From Bdellovibrionales bacterium (GTDB lineage: Bacteria; Bdellovibrionota; Bdellovibrionia; Bdellovibrionales; UBA1609), in the NCBI GenBank assembly GCA_965205945.1, contig CBDBIB010000001.1, positions 416,001 through 480,000 of the forward strand: a DNA stretch of 64,000 bases, in the 5' to 3' direction. Shown here one piece after another: positions 38,892 to 49,029 of this stretch (position 1 is its first letter; each line of letters starts with the position of its first letter). Under the pieces are notes generated by a model that saw only the letters and a program-made list of their open reading frames with translations, did not search any database and was not told the DNA's origin. The translations under genes were made by a program, and so were the position numbers.

Positions 38892-39501
38892 CTAAAGATT
38901 TCAGATATTCTTTTGTAAAAGCAATAGGGTTTATTCCTAAAAGTTGACAAATTTGTATGACAAAACCACGAACAAAAACCCTTGAGGGTAGATTCTCAAA
39001 ATCTTCCTCCTCTACGGCCAAAATACTTGTTTTTGATATTTTTGAAAAAGAAGAAATTTCATCAAGAGAAATATTTTTATATTTCCTAATTTTTTGTAAA
39101 AAAGATCCTGAACAATCATTAAGAAATTTTATTTGATCTTCAGTAAAAGTATCTTTATTAAAATCTTTAATTAAAAAACCGTCTTGTGCAGAAGCTGCTT
39201 TAGTATGATTTGATTGATTTATGTGAAGAGATAAATCTGGATTAGCGGGATTTAAAGTTTTTGATTGAATATTTTTTGTATCATGCCCTCGCCTTAGGTC
39301 CTGATTTTTAAGTGTTGTATAAGCACTCTCTATTAATTTATGAAGATCCTTGGCCTCTTCTTGACTAAACATACTGTAAAGAGCGGCGCTAGTAGGACTA
39401 TAAGTTTCCTTAGCTTCCATATACGCACGTTCAATTTCTTGAAGAGTGGCATCTTCAGAAATTTGAAGAATTTCATAAAAATTTTGTTTATTAGTAATCA
39501 T
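38875..39501 (-). CDS. J-domain-like plus RodZ-type HTH protein
   Basis: NFYEILQIS..AT..EI.RAY N-terminus with no HPD; C-terminal LQKIR...ISLDEIS...LPSRVFVRGF. Confidence 0.8.
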   Translation of the reverse strand: MITNKQNFYEILQISEDATLQEIERAYMEAKETYSPTSAALYSMFSQEEAKDLHKLIESAYTTLKNQDLRRGHDTKNIQSKTLNPANPDLSLHINQSNHTKAASAQDGFLIKDFNKDTFTEDQIKFLNDCSGSFLQKIRKYKNISLDEISSFSKISKTSILAVEEEDFENLPSRVFVRGFVIQICQLLGINPIAFTKEYLKSLDEFRK

Positions 39502-40469
39502 GCTGCAATATCAATATAACCCACATTAATCTTATTTTCAATTTTCGAAAATAAAGTTCTAAATTCTCTTAAAACCTCTGAATCTGGAGATTCTAAGAAA
39601 AGAGGCTTCATAGCTCGAACAGATTGCCATACATAGTTATCAAAATCTAGGTGTCCAAGAAAGTCTACTTCTTGGCCAAAGTACTGCCTTGAAATATTTG
39701 AAAATGATCTGCCAACCTTTTGATCTCTTAGCACACGACACTGGTTAATTATTATTTGTGGTTTATAAGTTAAAATTTCTTGAACAATGAGATTTCCAGT
39801 TTGTGGAAATTTTACTGTTAAATATCTTAGCAAATCTGAGGGAGTTTTAATGCCTAAATCTACCTTATTATTTAATATTGAATTAATAGTGTTCTTAAAT
39901 CCATGCTGTTTAGCTACACTTTTAAGGTTACTATAGAAAACTTCTTTAAGAAAATCATATGTATTCTCAATACTAATAGGCTCAGGGGTGCTTACAGTTA
40001 ATTGCACATCCGAACATGAAAAGGCTTGGATTGTTTTAGTGTCTGCCCCTGTACCAAGGTCATATACAATTCGATCAAAACCAAGTTTCCTAGCTTCTAA
40101 AAACAGCTGGTTTAAACTTTTAGCATCGATTTTATGAGCTCCATAAAAATCAGCGGCTCCTCGAATTATACTAAGATTTGTAAACTCTGTAGGAACAACG
40201 GCTTTTCTTAGGTGAGATACTTTTCCAAATAAATAGTCCTTTGCTGAAACACCGCTTCCAGCCACACACAAGTAAGTATGAGCGTTGGCACCCTTAAAAT
40301 CTAAGTCGATAATAAGAGTTTTTAAGCCTCCTTTGGCTAAATAAAGGGCTAAATTGCTAGTAATGAATGATTTTCCGACCCCACCCTTACCACCACCAAG
40401 AGCATAAACTACGGTTTTATTAAACCCACCATTTTTCTTAAATCTATTACTACAATTTTGCTTTATCAT
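39498..40469 (-). CDS. MinD/FlhG-like P-loop ATPase
   Basis: GGKGGVGKS, DLD..GAN.H, DLGTG and TPEPISIEN. Confidence 0.88.
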   Translation of the reverse strand: MIKQNCSNRFKKNGGFNKTVVYALGGGKGGVGKSFITSNLALYLAKGGLKTLIIDLDFKGANAHTYLCVAGSGVSAKDYLFGKVSHLRKAVVPTEFTNLSIIRGAADFYGAHKIDAKSLNQLFLEARKLGFDRIVYDLGTGADTKTIQAFSCSDVQLTVSTPEPISIENTYDFLKEVFYSNLKSVAKQHGFKNTINSILNNKVDLGIKTPSDLLRYLTVKFPQTGNLIVQEILTYKPQIIINQCRVLRDQKVGRSFSNISRQYFGQEVDFLGHLDFDNYVWQSVRAMKPLFLESPDSEVLREFRTLFSKIENKINVGYIDIAA

Positions 40470-41151
40470 ATCTGATTTTCTCTTCGGCTTCAGATTTTCT
40501 TAAATAGAGAGGATAAAAGTCTAAATATGTACAAGCCTTAAGGTATGCACAGATGTTAGTCTTGTTTGTAAATGATGAAGCTATGTTTTCAACAGTTAGA
40601 TTTACTTTTTGAACTGATGAATCTAAATAATCAAAACTAGAGTATTTATTTCTAAGCTCATTAAGCTTTTCATGTGCTCCATTAAAATTTATTTCCTCAT
40701 ACCAAGTCATATTTATAAGCGTAAACTTAGAGGTAAAACTTTTATTTCCTACAGAAGGGATAATAACATGAAACTGAGTAAGATCATTTTTTTTAGAAAG
40801 GATGTTTTGAGCAATCGGTGAGAAACTGCTACATAACGTGATAGGAATTTTTCCTGCAGCAAAAGAAAGTGATTTTATAAATGCAGCCCCAACTCTAAGA
40901 CCGGTAAAACTTCCAGGACCTTGGACAAAAAATATATGAGAAAGGTTTTTAATTTCAAATTGAGAAGTAAGTTTTAAAAATTTTAAAAAAAGCACATTAC
41001 TATGATAAACCTTTTTATTCCATACCTGTTGATTTAAAATTTTACCAGAAGGGCAAAGTACTGCAAGGGCTCCATTTAAACTAGAAGTGTCTAAAAGCAG
41101 TCCCCAATGTTTAGTATCACCATCCTGAAAAAATAATTTGTGAGAAGTCAT
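40450..41151 (-). CDS. tsaB: tRNA t6A biosynthesis protein TsaB
   Basis: LLDTS, GPGSFTGLRVG and PLYLRKSEAE. Confidence 0.88.
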   Translation of the reverse strand: MTSHKLFFQDGDTKHWGLLLDTSSLNGALAVLCPSGKILNQQVWNKKVYHSNVLFLKFLKLTSQFEIKNLSHIFFVQGPGSFTGLRVGAAFIKSLSFAAGKIPITLCSSFSPIAQNILSKKNDLTQFHVIIPSVGNKSFTSKFTLINMTWYEEINFNGAHEKLNELRNKYSSFDYLDSSVQKVNLTVENIASSFTNKTNICAYLKACTYLDFYPLYLRKSEAEEKIRYDKAKL

Positions 41152-42766
41152 TAAATATAGTATATACGATCAGTAACAGAATTAAAACAACACCAATTTG
41201 CTGACCAATCATTTTTACCCTCATACTTACAGGATTTCCGGTAACAACTTCAATAAAATAGAAAAATAAATGCCCTCCATCTAGTACAGGAATAGGTAAA
41301 AGGTTTAAAAGAAAAAGATTTATAGAGATTATGGCCATTATTTTAATAAAATAAGTCCATCCAATATTTAAAGAGTCTTTTGCAATTTTACCAATGGAGA
41401 TTACACCACTTAAAGTTTTATGTGAAATCTCTCCTGTTAAAAGCTTCTTAAAACCTAAAAAAGTTGTTTTAACCCAATGTATAGATTCTGTTACTGCATA
41501 TTTAAAAAGATCTTTTATAGAAGTAAAACTTCTTATAACAGTGACTGGTGGAAGATATTCTAGTCCAGATAAAATGCCAATAGTTGGGCGATACTTAACT
41601 TGTCCAGTAGATGTAAGAAGTTGTGTTTGCACAGGGGTTACAGAAATATTTTTTTCTCCATCTGTATTAGCAATAAGCAGGGTAACACTTTCGCCTTTAG
41701 CAGTTGATTTAATTGCAGCTACAAGATCTTCCCATTTTACAAGCTTAACACCACTGATTTTAAGAACCTGATCTCCTGCTTTTAAACCTGCTTTTTCAGC
41801 AGGAGACCCTCTTTGAACCTGATCAACCATAAGTTCAGAATTTACAAAGCCTAAATTTGCAAAGTTCCACGCAAGTCCATTTGAAGGAATTTTTTTTTGT
41901 ATAACTTGTCCAGAAGCTTTTTTAATTGAGATTTTTAAATCTTGAGTTGTAGAAGTACCTAATATAGCTTTTTTAAGTTCATAAAAACTTTTAATTTTTA
42001 TAGAATTAATCCCTATAATTCTTTCAATTGAAGAAAATCCATTATCATTATTTAATAAATTTGATTTATAATCGATTCCAACTCGAGAAGATCTTCTTAA
42101 TAAGTTAAGACCTTGAATATGACCAACCTTCTTTAAATCAGAAATAGGACTCGTGTTGTCTTTAATAATTATAGGGGCAAGAATAGATTCTAGTTTACCG
42201 TTTAATCGTAAAACTTTAAGACGTGCATTAGACCCATCTTTAAGATATCCAAGCTCTTTAGTAAAATCTGTAAAATATTTTACAGGTGTTTCATTCACAG
42301 ATTGAATAATATCACCATACCTTAAACCTGCTTGATATGCAGGAGTTGCAGGATTAATATCTCCTAAAGAAACAGCAACTTCAGGTGAACCCAACATTCC
42401 AAGCATTAAAAATAAAACAAAAGCAAAAATTAAATTCATGATTGGTCCAGCTGAAACAATAGCTATTTTTTTAAATACATTTTGATGATTAAAACTTTTG
42501 CTTTGGTCATTTATGGGAATATTGTCTTTGTTACCATCGCCATACATTTTTATATAGCCACCAAGAGGGATTAAACTTAAGCAATATACAGTTTCTCCGT
42601 TTTTCCAAGAAAAAAGTTTTGGTCCAAAACCAATACTAAAAATTTCAACACGAACTCCACATATACGGGCTACAATAAAATGCCCCCATTCATGAATAAA
42701 AATAAGAGCGCCTAAAAGTAGAAAAAACGGCCCAATATAGGCTAGTTTAGATATTATAAAATCCAT
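41117..42766 (-). CDS. rseP: RIP metalloprotease with PDZ domains
   Basis: HEWGH, FSIGFGP, PLGGY, AGPIMN and NLLPIPVLDGGH. Confidence 0.95.
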   Translation of the reverse strand: MDFIISKLAYIGPFFLLLGALIFIHEWGHFIVARICGVRVEIFSIGFGPKLFSWKNGETVYCLSLIPLGGYIKMYGDGNKDNIPINDQSKSFNHQNVFKKIAIVSAGPIMNLIFAFVLFLMLGMLGSPEVAVSLGDINPATPAYQAGLRYGDIIQSVNETPVKYFTDFTKELGYLKDGSNARLKVLRLNGKLESILAPIIIKDNTSPISDLKKVGHIQGLNLLRRSSRVGIDYKSNLLNNDNGFSSIERIIGINSIKIKSFYELKKAILGTSTTQDLKISIKKASGQVIQKKIPSNGLAWNFANLGFVNSELMVDQVQRGSPAEKAGLKAGDQVLKISGVKLVKWEDLVAAIKSTAKGESVTLLIANTDGEKNISVTPVQTQLLTSTGQVKYRPTIGILSGLEYLPPVTVIRSFTSIKDLFKYAVTESIHWVKTTFLGFKKLLTGEISHKTLSGVISIGKIAKDSLNIGWTYFIKIMAIISINLFLLNLLPIPVLDGGHLFFYFIEVVTGNPVSMRVKMIGQQIGVVLILLLIVYTIFNDFSQIIFSGW

Positions 42767-42767
42767 A

Positions 42768-43595
42768 CTAGAATTGTAGAAGAAGATAACTTAAAATACT
42801 AGCAAAAAGCAGCCCATCTAAACGATCAAAAAAGCCGCCATGCCCAGGAAGAAAATTTCCAGAGTCTTTTATTTTACTAGTACGTTTAATAACAGATTCA
42901 GTAAGATCTCCTGTTAATGCGGCAAGTAGTATTAGTGAACTCAATAAAATTTTTAATAACAAGGAGTCAAATCTTTGTAAAAAAGAAAACTCCCTAAATT
43001 CTTGATCTAAGACTAAAGTTATAGGAATGCATGTTAAACCTGCTAAAAGAGCACCTTCAATAGTTTTTGAGGGAGAAGATAGCGGATAAAGTTTTACTAA
43101 GAAAAGTTTACCACCAAACAATTTGCCCCAAAAATATGAAAATGTATCAAATAATGCAACTATAAAAAATAAAAAATACACAGATTCAAACCGTGGTGAC
43201 ATTACTAAATGTGTAAGAAGAAACGTTGGAGCAATTAAAGAGTAGAATAAAAATATATAAAGCTTACTGTGATTAGAATAAAAGGACTCCTCATGTGTTG
43301 AGATTTTTCGATGAGCCCACATCCAAACGATAATTTCAACTAAACAAAATAAAAGAAGGTTGTTTAAATTCGGGTATAAATAAAAACTAATAAAATGTAT
43401 TAAATGAAAAGGTAGTAAAAAGAGAAAATCTCTTTTTTTCTTAAATACGAGCGTGCCACATTCAGTAGCTATAATCATAAAAACAAAAATACAAAGCACA
43501 TAAAGCCCATCAGCTTTAAAAAACATATGTATTATAAACAAAATTAATCCACTAATTAGTGCAGATAAAGTTCTTTTTATTAATGAAAAATTCAT
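42768..43595 (-). CDS. cdsA: Phosphatidate cytidylyltransferase
   Basis: SPSKTIEG and GDLTESVIKR...KDSG..LPGHGG.FDRLD. Confidence 0.93.
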   Translation of the reverse strand: MNFSLIKRTLSALISGLILFIIHMFFKADGLYVLCIFVFMIIATECGTLVFKKKRDFLFLLPFHLIHFISFYLYPNLNNLLLFCLVEIIVWMWAHRKISTHEESFYSNHSKLYIFLFYSLIAPTFLLTHLVMSPRFESVYFLFFIVALFDTFSYFWGKLFGGKLFLVKLYPLSSPSKTIEGALLAGLTCIPITLVLDQEFREFSFLQRFDSLLLKILLSSLILLAALTGDLTESVIKRTSKIKDSGNFLPGHGGFFDRLDGLLFASILSYLLLQF

Positions 43596-44312
43596 TTAAA
43601 GTTGAGCTCCTAATTTAGAAAATTCAACCGCTGTTCCAAAACGTCGATTTCTTTTCTGGTACTCTTGTAGTGCCAATTCTAAATCTTGTGGTCTAAAATC
43701 TGGCCAAAGTGTTTTTGTAAAATAAAGCTCCGCATAAGCAGATTGCCAAAGCATAAAATTAGAAAGCCTTTGCTCTCCACTAGTTCTGATAATGTAATCA
43801 GGTTCAGGTATGCCATCAGCAAATAAAATTTTACAAAGACTAACTTCAGTTATAGGCACAAAACTATTTTTAATGTGTACATTAATTGCTGAAATCAACT
43901 CTTGTCGACCTCCATAATTTAAAGCTAATACAAGATTTAAACCTGTGTTTGTAGAGGTTTTTTGAACAATGTTTAAAATATTTTTTTTAAGCTTTAAAGG
44001 AAGAGGGTTTAAATCACCAATAACTCTTAAACAAACATTATTAGAAATTAAATAGCCTTGTTTTTTTTTAATATGACGATCAAGAAGTTTGAATAAAAAA
44101 TTAACTTCTTCTTTTGAGCGAGACCAGTTTTCAGTACTAAAAGCATATAAGGTTAAAAATTTAATAGAGGTCTTATGAGCACAATATTCAACAATTTGTT
44201 GTGCAGTTTTAGATCCTTTAATATGCCCTAAAAACCTATGTTTATTTCTAGAAATGGCCCAACGCCCATTTCCATCCATTATAAACGCAACATGTTTTGG
44301 AGTTGTAGTCAT
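43596..44312 (-). CDS. uppS: Undecaprenyl diphosphate synthase
   Basis: IMDGNGRWA, FSTENW and RTSGEQRLSNF. Confidence 0.96.
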   Translation of the reverse strand: MTTTPKHVAFIMDGNGRWAISRNKHRFLGHIKGSKTAQQIVEYCAHKTSIKFLTLYAFSTENWSRSKEEVNFLFKLLDRHIKKKQGYLISNNVCLRVIGDLNPLPLKLKKNILNIVQKTSTNTGLNLVLALNYGGRQELISAINVHIKNSFVPITEVSLCKILFADGIPEPDYIIRTSGEQRLSNFMLWQSAYAELYFTKTLWPDFRPQDLELALQEYQKRNRRFGTAVEFSKLGAQL

Positions 44313-44321
44313 TATTATAGT

Positions 44322-44879
44322 TTAAATTGTAAGAAGTTCTTTTTCTTTATCATTAGAAATTTCATCAACTTTTTTAATAAAGGTATTTGTTAAAGTTTGA
44401 ATTTCAGCTAAGTAAATTTTTTCTTCATCTTCTCCAATTTCTTTGCTTTTTTGTGAGGCTTTGATAAATTCATTTGCATCACGCCTAGCCATTCTTACGG
44501 ATATACGAGTATCTTCTACAATTTTTTTAATAGATTTAATCATATCTTTTCTACGTTCTTCAGTAAGGTCTGGAACTTTTAATCGAATTACTTTTCCATC
44601 GCTTTGAGGGGCCATGCCAAGATTTGATTTAATTAAAGCAGCTTCAATATCTTTAATAACAGAACTCTCCCATGGCGAAATCAAAAATGATTTAGCATCA
44701 GGACAACTAACAGAAGCTACTTGGTTTAAAGGGTTTAAAGACCCGTAGTAGCTAACCCTTACAGAATCAAGCATACTTACATTGGCTCTACCAGTACGGA
44801 TTTTTTTTAAATCTTGAATAAGAGAGTCCACAGCTTTTTTCATAAATACTGTTGTAGATTGTTTAAGTTCATCAAGCAT
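44322..44879 (-). CDS. frr: Ribosome recycling factor
   Basis: IRTGRAN and LTEERRK; position after pyrH. Confidence 0.96.
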   Translation of the reverse strand: MLDELKQSTTVFMKKAVDSLIQDLKKIRTGRANVSMLDSVRVSYYGSLNPLNQVASVSCPDAKSFLISPWESSVIKDIEAALIKSNLGMAPQSDGKVIRLKVPDLTEERRKDMIKSIKKIVEDTRISVRMARRDANEFIKASQKSKEIGEDEEKIYLAEIQTLTNTFIKKVDEISNDKEKELLTI

Positions 44880-44918
44880 AAATAAGCTCCTCCATTAGTT
44901 TTTAAAAATTTAATTTAT

Positions 44919-45641
44919 CTATTGAATGCGTGTGCCAACTTTATCTCCTAAAAGTACACGTTTAATATTTCCCCTAACGCCTAAATTAAAAGTTACAATT
45001 GGAAGCTTATTATCCATAGATAAGCTTACAGCTGTGGAGTCCATCACGCCAAGTTGCTTTTGAAGAACGTCACGATAGGTAATGTCATCAAACATTATAG
45101 CGTCATCATAAAGTTCAGGATCTTTATCATAAACACCATCTACTTTAGTGGCTTTTAATATAACCTCAGCATTAATCTCCATACCTCTAAGGCTTGCGGC
45201 TGTATCAGTTGTAAAATATGGATTTCCTGTGCCAGCTCCAAAAATCACAACACGTCCTTTTTCAAGGTGCCTAACAGCTTTACGTCTTATGTAAGGTTCT
45301 GCAATTTGTTCCATTTTAATAGCTGTTTGAACTCTAGTTTTAATAGAGATTTTTTCTAAAGAGTCTTGAAGCGCTAAGGCGTTAATGCAAGTTGCAAGCA
45401 TTCCCATATAATCAGAGGATGATCTATCCATTCCTTTAGCTGATGCTGCAACACCTCTAAAAATATTTCCCCCACCAATAACAATGCCAATTTCAACGCC
45501 TAAATCATAAGCTCCTTTTACATCTGCAGCAATATTAGCTATAGTTTCAGTATTAATCCCATAACCATCATCACCAGCAAGGGCCTCACCACTTAACTTT
45601 AACAATATACGCTTAAACTTAATTTTCTGATTAATGCCCAT
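44919..45641 (-). CDS. pyrH: UMP kinase
   Basis: [17 protein letters not shown] and GNPYFTTD. Confidence 0.97.
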   Translation of the reverse strand: MGINQKIKFKRILLKLSGEALAGDDGYGINTETIANIAADVKGAYDLGVEIGIVIGGGNIFRGVAASAKGMDRSSSDYMGMLATCINALALQDSLEKISIKTRVQTAIKMEQIAEPYIRRKAVRHLEKGRVVIFGAGTGNPYFTTDTAASLRGMEINAEVILKATKVDGVYDKDPELYDDAIMFDDITYRDVLQKQLGVMDSTAVSLSMDNKLPIVTFNLGVRGNIKRVLLGDKVGTRIQ

Positions 45642-45656
45642 GAATCCTCTATTTTT

Positions 45657-46304
45657 CTAACCTGTCATTTGAGCAACTTCTTTAGCAAAGTTGTCAACTT
45701 TTTTCTCAATACCCTCACCTAATTCAAAGCGAACAAACCTACGAATAACAATGTTCTCACCAATCTTAACAATTATATTTCTAAGGTGTTCTTGTATAGT
45801 CATATCTGGATTTTTAACAAAAGGTTGGTCAAGAAGACAGATACTTGTAGCCCACTTCTTAATTTGACCTTCTAAAATCTTATCTAAAAACTCAGGCCTT
45901 TTGCCCTCTTCAATAGCTTTAGCTTTTAAAATAGCCTTTTCTTTATCTTTAGCTTCTTTAGTAATCTGAACAGTAGATATGAATTCAGGAGCCATTGCAG
46001 CAATGTGCATTGAGATGTCGCTTACAAAGGCTTGAAAGTCTTCATTTTTTGCAACAAAGTCAGTTTCACAATTTACCTCTAAAAGAACACCAATACGTCC
46101 TTTGCCATGAATGTAGGAGCTAATACAACCTTCAGCTGCAATTCTACCAGCTTTTTTTGCAGCTGTGCTTAAACCCTTTTGCCTTAACCAATCAATAGCT
46201 TTATCTTTTACTCCATCAGCTTTTACAAGAGCTTTTTTACAGTCAAGCATCCCTGCCCCAGTTAATTCTCTAATTTTCTTAATATCACTTGTGGTAAAAT
46301 TCAT
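45657..46304 (-). CDS. tsf: Elongation factor Ts (short form)
   Basis: TGAGMLDCKKAL and EVNCETDFVA. Confidence 0.97.
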   Translation of the reverse strand: MNFTTSDIKKIRELTGAGMLDCKKALVKADGVKDKAIDWLRQKGLSTAAKKAGRIAAEGCISSYIHGKGRIGVLLEVNCETDFVAKNEDFQAFVSDISMHIAAMAPEFISTVQITKEAKDKEKAILKAKAIEEGKRPEFLDKILEGQIKKWATSICLLDQPFVKNPDMTIQEHLRNIIVKIGENIVIRRFVRFELGEGIEKKVDNFAKEVAQMTG

Positions 46305-46316
46305 TTTTAACCTCTC

Positions 46317-47216
46317 TTATTCATCAGTTTCATCATCAAGTTTATCTTCTAATTTTTCTTCTACTTCTTGTTCAATTTCAACAATTTCAGCTGTTCCAGC
46401 TGCAACAAGTTTTCTTTTTGTAATTTTAATTACAGCAGGTCCTGTGGTGTTTGTTTTCTCTTCTTGCGGAGCCTCTGCAACTAAAGGGGTTTGCTCAGCT
46501 TTTTTTATTAACTCCTCTTTTAAACTTATTTCCCATTTCTTAGCACCTTCTTGATAAGCTTTGCTTACAAGATCACAAAAAAGTTTAATTGATCTAATAG
46601 CATCATCATTACCCGGAATTGGATAATCAATTGCTTCAGGATCACAATTTGTATCAGCAATACCTATCACTTTAATCCCAAGCCTTTGTGCTTCTTTAAC
46701 AGCAATATGTTCTTTAACGGCATCTACAACAAACATAATTGCAGGAGCTTCTTTCATATCACGAATACCCTCTAGGCATTCAGTAAGACGACTATACTGC
46801 TTATCAATTTGAGAGCGTTCTTTCTTTGAAAAAAGTTGAAATTCTCCACTCTTTCTCATTTTTTCAATTTTTCTCATTCTTTCAATTGAATTTTTAATTG
46901 TAGTAAAATTTGTAAGCATTCCTCCTAACCATCTTTTTGTAACAAAAAACTGGCCACATGCAGGAGCGGCTTCTTTAATGGCATCTACAGCCTGTTTTTT
47001 AGTTCCTACAAAAATTAAACGCCCACCTTTAGCCGCAGTGTCTTTAATGAAATTTAAAGCTATTTTAGCAAGCTCCATAGACTGTTGAAGATCCACTATA
47101 TGAATTCCCCCTCTTGCACAAAAAATATAGGGTTTCATTTTTGGGTTTCCACGCTGTGTTTGGTGCCCAAAATGTACACCAGCGTCTAATAATTCCTTTA
47201 CAGTAACCTGTATCAT
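46317..47216 (-). CDS. rpsB: 30S ribosomal protein S2 with an acidic C-terminal extension
   Basis: AGVHFGH, RWLGGMLTN and PGNDDAIRS; AGGAG RBS before ATG 47216. Confidence 0.97.
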   Translation of the reverse strand: MIQVTVKELLDAGVHFGHQTQRGNPKMKPYIFCARGGIHIVDLQQSMELAKIALNFIKDTAAKGGRLIFVGTKKQAVDAIKEAAPACGQFFVTKRWLGGMLTNFTTIKNSIERMRKIEKMRKSGEFQLFSKKERSQIDKQYSRLTECLEGIRDMKEAPAIMFVVDAVKEHIAVKEAQRLGIKVIGIADTNCDPEAIDYPIPGNDDAIRSIKLFCDLVSKAYQEGAKKWEISLKEELIKKAEQTPLVAEAPQEEKTNTTGPAVIKITKRKLVAAGTAEIVEIEQEVEEKLEDKLDDETDE

Positions 47217-47310
47217 AAATATTCTCCTAGTTTGTCCTCCCATCTACAAATTGCTCACTAGTTAGGCAGATGGTGCGTATGGCCCAAGCAACATACATGG
47301 GCTTGATGCA
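47217..47310 (-). promoter_or_regulatory. Structured 5' leader of rpsB (possible S2 autoregulatory element)
   Basis: Locally GC-richer, with stems CCATCTGC/GTAGATGG (47240-47273) and GCCCA/TGGGC (47282-47302) just upstream of the RBS. Confidence 0.5.
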
Positions 47311-47572
47311 TTTGCTATCACACTAAATAGGACAAAGGCAAAAGAAAACAAACAAGACTTAGATTTATTTAATAAGACTTTAAAATAAAGGTTAAAAACA
47401 AGCTGCGCCAACCACAATAAGTCATTCCTAAAGAAAATACTCTCTGCCTCTTTGTTTAAAGAAAAGTTTAATTCCAATTTAAAGGGTTCTCTTAGAAAAT
47501 TAAAATTATAAATAGGCAACATTATTACAATATCAGTTTTGTTTTTAAAAAAAATAAGGTTAAATAGGTTGT

Positions 47573-48055
47573 ATGACTAAAGCTAAACTTTTAACCCTTT
47601 CATTAATAACAATTTCATTTACTCTACTCTTATTAAGTTTAGTTCTTATTTTAAACCCGAAAACTCGTCTTTCTTTAAACAACCTTATTCAAAACAAGAA
47701 TCGAAAAATCATTGCCACATTACAAACAAATCTATCCATACCTAATAAGAATTTTAAAATTCTTAAGATAAAGCACAATTCAGACTTATGGATTGAAATT
47801 TATGATCTTTCTTCATCTGAAAATCGGGTTGCCGAATTTCAGCTCTTAAAAAAAACTAACGCCCAAATGCTTGTAAAGAAAAAAGCTTCTAGTCTATTCG
47901 CTTCAGATTTAGATGGTGATAAAATTTTAGAAATTCTAGCACCTTCTTTTAATTCCAAGCTCCACCCTAAAATACACGCCTTTCGCTACAACCCTGTAAC
48001 AAACAGCTTTTCTAAAATTTCGGACCAAGATCTTTTACAAAATCTTAATCTCTAA
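47573..48055 (+). CDS. Membrane-anchored hypothetical protein
   Basis: N-terminal TM helix; DLDGDKILEI (DxDxD calcium-loop-like). Confidence 0.7.
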   Translation: MTKAKLLTLSLITISFTLLLLSLVLILNPKTRLSLNNLIQNKNRKIIATLQTNLSIPNKNFKILKIKHNSDLWIEIYDLSSSENRVAEFQLLKKTNAQMLVKKKASSLFASDLDGDKILEILAPSFNSKLHPKIHAFRYNPVTNSFSKISDQDLLQNLNL

Positions 48056-48106
48056 AGCTTTTAGCTTTGATCTTATAAAACTTGACTTATAAACAATATT
48101 CTTATT

Positions 48107-48793
48107 ATGTATCAGTTTATGATTCATTTTATAGCAATAATACTATTTAACCTAAGTTTATTATGTGCCTGTAACAATCAGCAAACACAGCGCCTTTCTA
48201 AACATAACTTTTATCAAGAAAAAAATGATATTGCAGCTTTTGCGCTTACACAAAATGAAACTAAAATTTTAAAACCCACTATTTTTTTAGATGAAGATCT
48301 TTTTTCCGTTCTTGAATTTAAAAGCACGATCACTTTAACCGACACTAAGGAAAATAAAATCACCTTATCTCTTATTGGAAAAAATGTTTCTAACTCTACT
48401 ATTAATGTATCTATTAAAGAGGTTGCCGGCCTAACTCCACAATCTAAAATAATTAAACCTGCGTCTTTTAGACTGCCTATTACAAATGAAAAAGGTTTTC
48501 TTCTTACTTTTGATGTGATTATTGAGTTTAATAGCTCTAAGGAAAGCTTTTTATCCGTATATACTAAACAAGTTCCCCCCATAGAAAATGACTCTGAACT
48601 TGACCCTAAAACACCTCCTCAAGTGTTTACTTCATTTTATTCATCTAGTGATGATGAAATAGCTCTTTATGAGTTTAAAAAACCTGAAAAAGGAGTCCCT
48701 TTAACTTATTTTTTACACCACCAAAATACAGCTCAAAGCTTAAATATTCTTAGAATTTCAACAAGGCTAACTCTAAAAAAAATACTACAATGA
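48107..48793 (+). CDS. Putative lipoprotein (start may be 48119)
   Basis: Hydrophobic N-terminus ending LCAC. Confidence 0.6.
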   Translation: MYQFMIHFIAIILFNLSLLCACNNQQTQRLSKHNFYQEKNDIAAFALTQNETKILKPTIFLDEDLFSVLEFKSTITLTDTKENKITLSLIGKNVSNSTINVSIKEVAGLTPQSKIIKPASFRLPITNEKGFLLTFDVIIEFNSSKESFLSVYTKQVPPIENDSELDPKTPPQVFTSFYSSSDDEIALYEFKKPEKGVPLTYFLHHQNTAQSLNILRISTRLTLKKILQ

Positions 48794-49029
48794 CACTAAA
48801 TTAAACCTTTATAAAAGTTTTAGTTTAAAAATATATCAAATAATAATTTTTTAAGACAATTACAATAATTATTGCGCAAACAACTCAGGCTTGACCTTAC
48901 AAAGTGTTGATTTATGCAGAGCAAAACCCTTAAAAACATCTTCTCTTAAGAAATTTTAAGATAACACCTCTTTAAAGTTTAATCTTCATCTACAATGACA
49001 TTAAAGCTTCTTTGTTGTAGTTTTTTTCT

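Noticed and set aside
47262..47522. 86-aa ORF upstream of rpsB
   Set aside because: It overlaps the expected rpsB promoter and leader and has no protein-like motifs.
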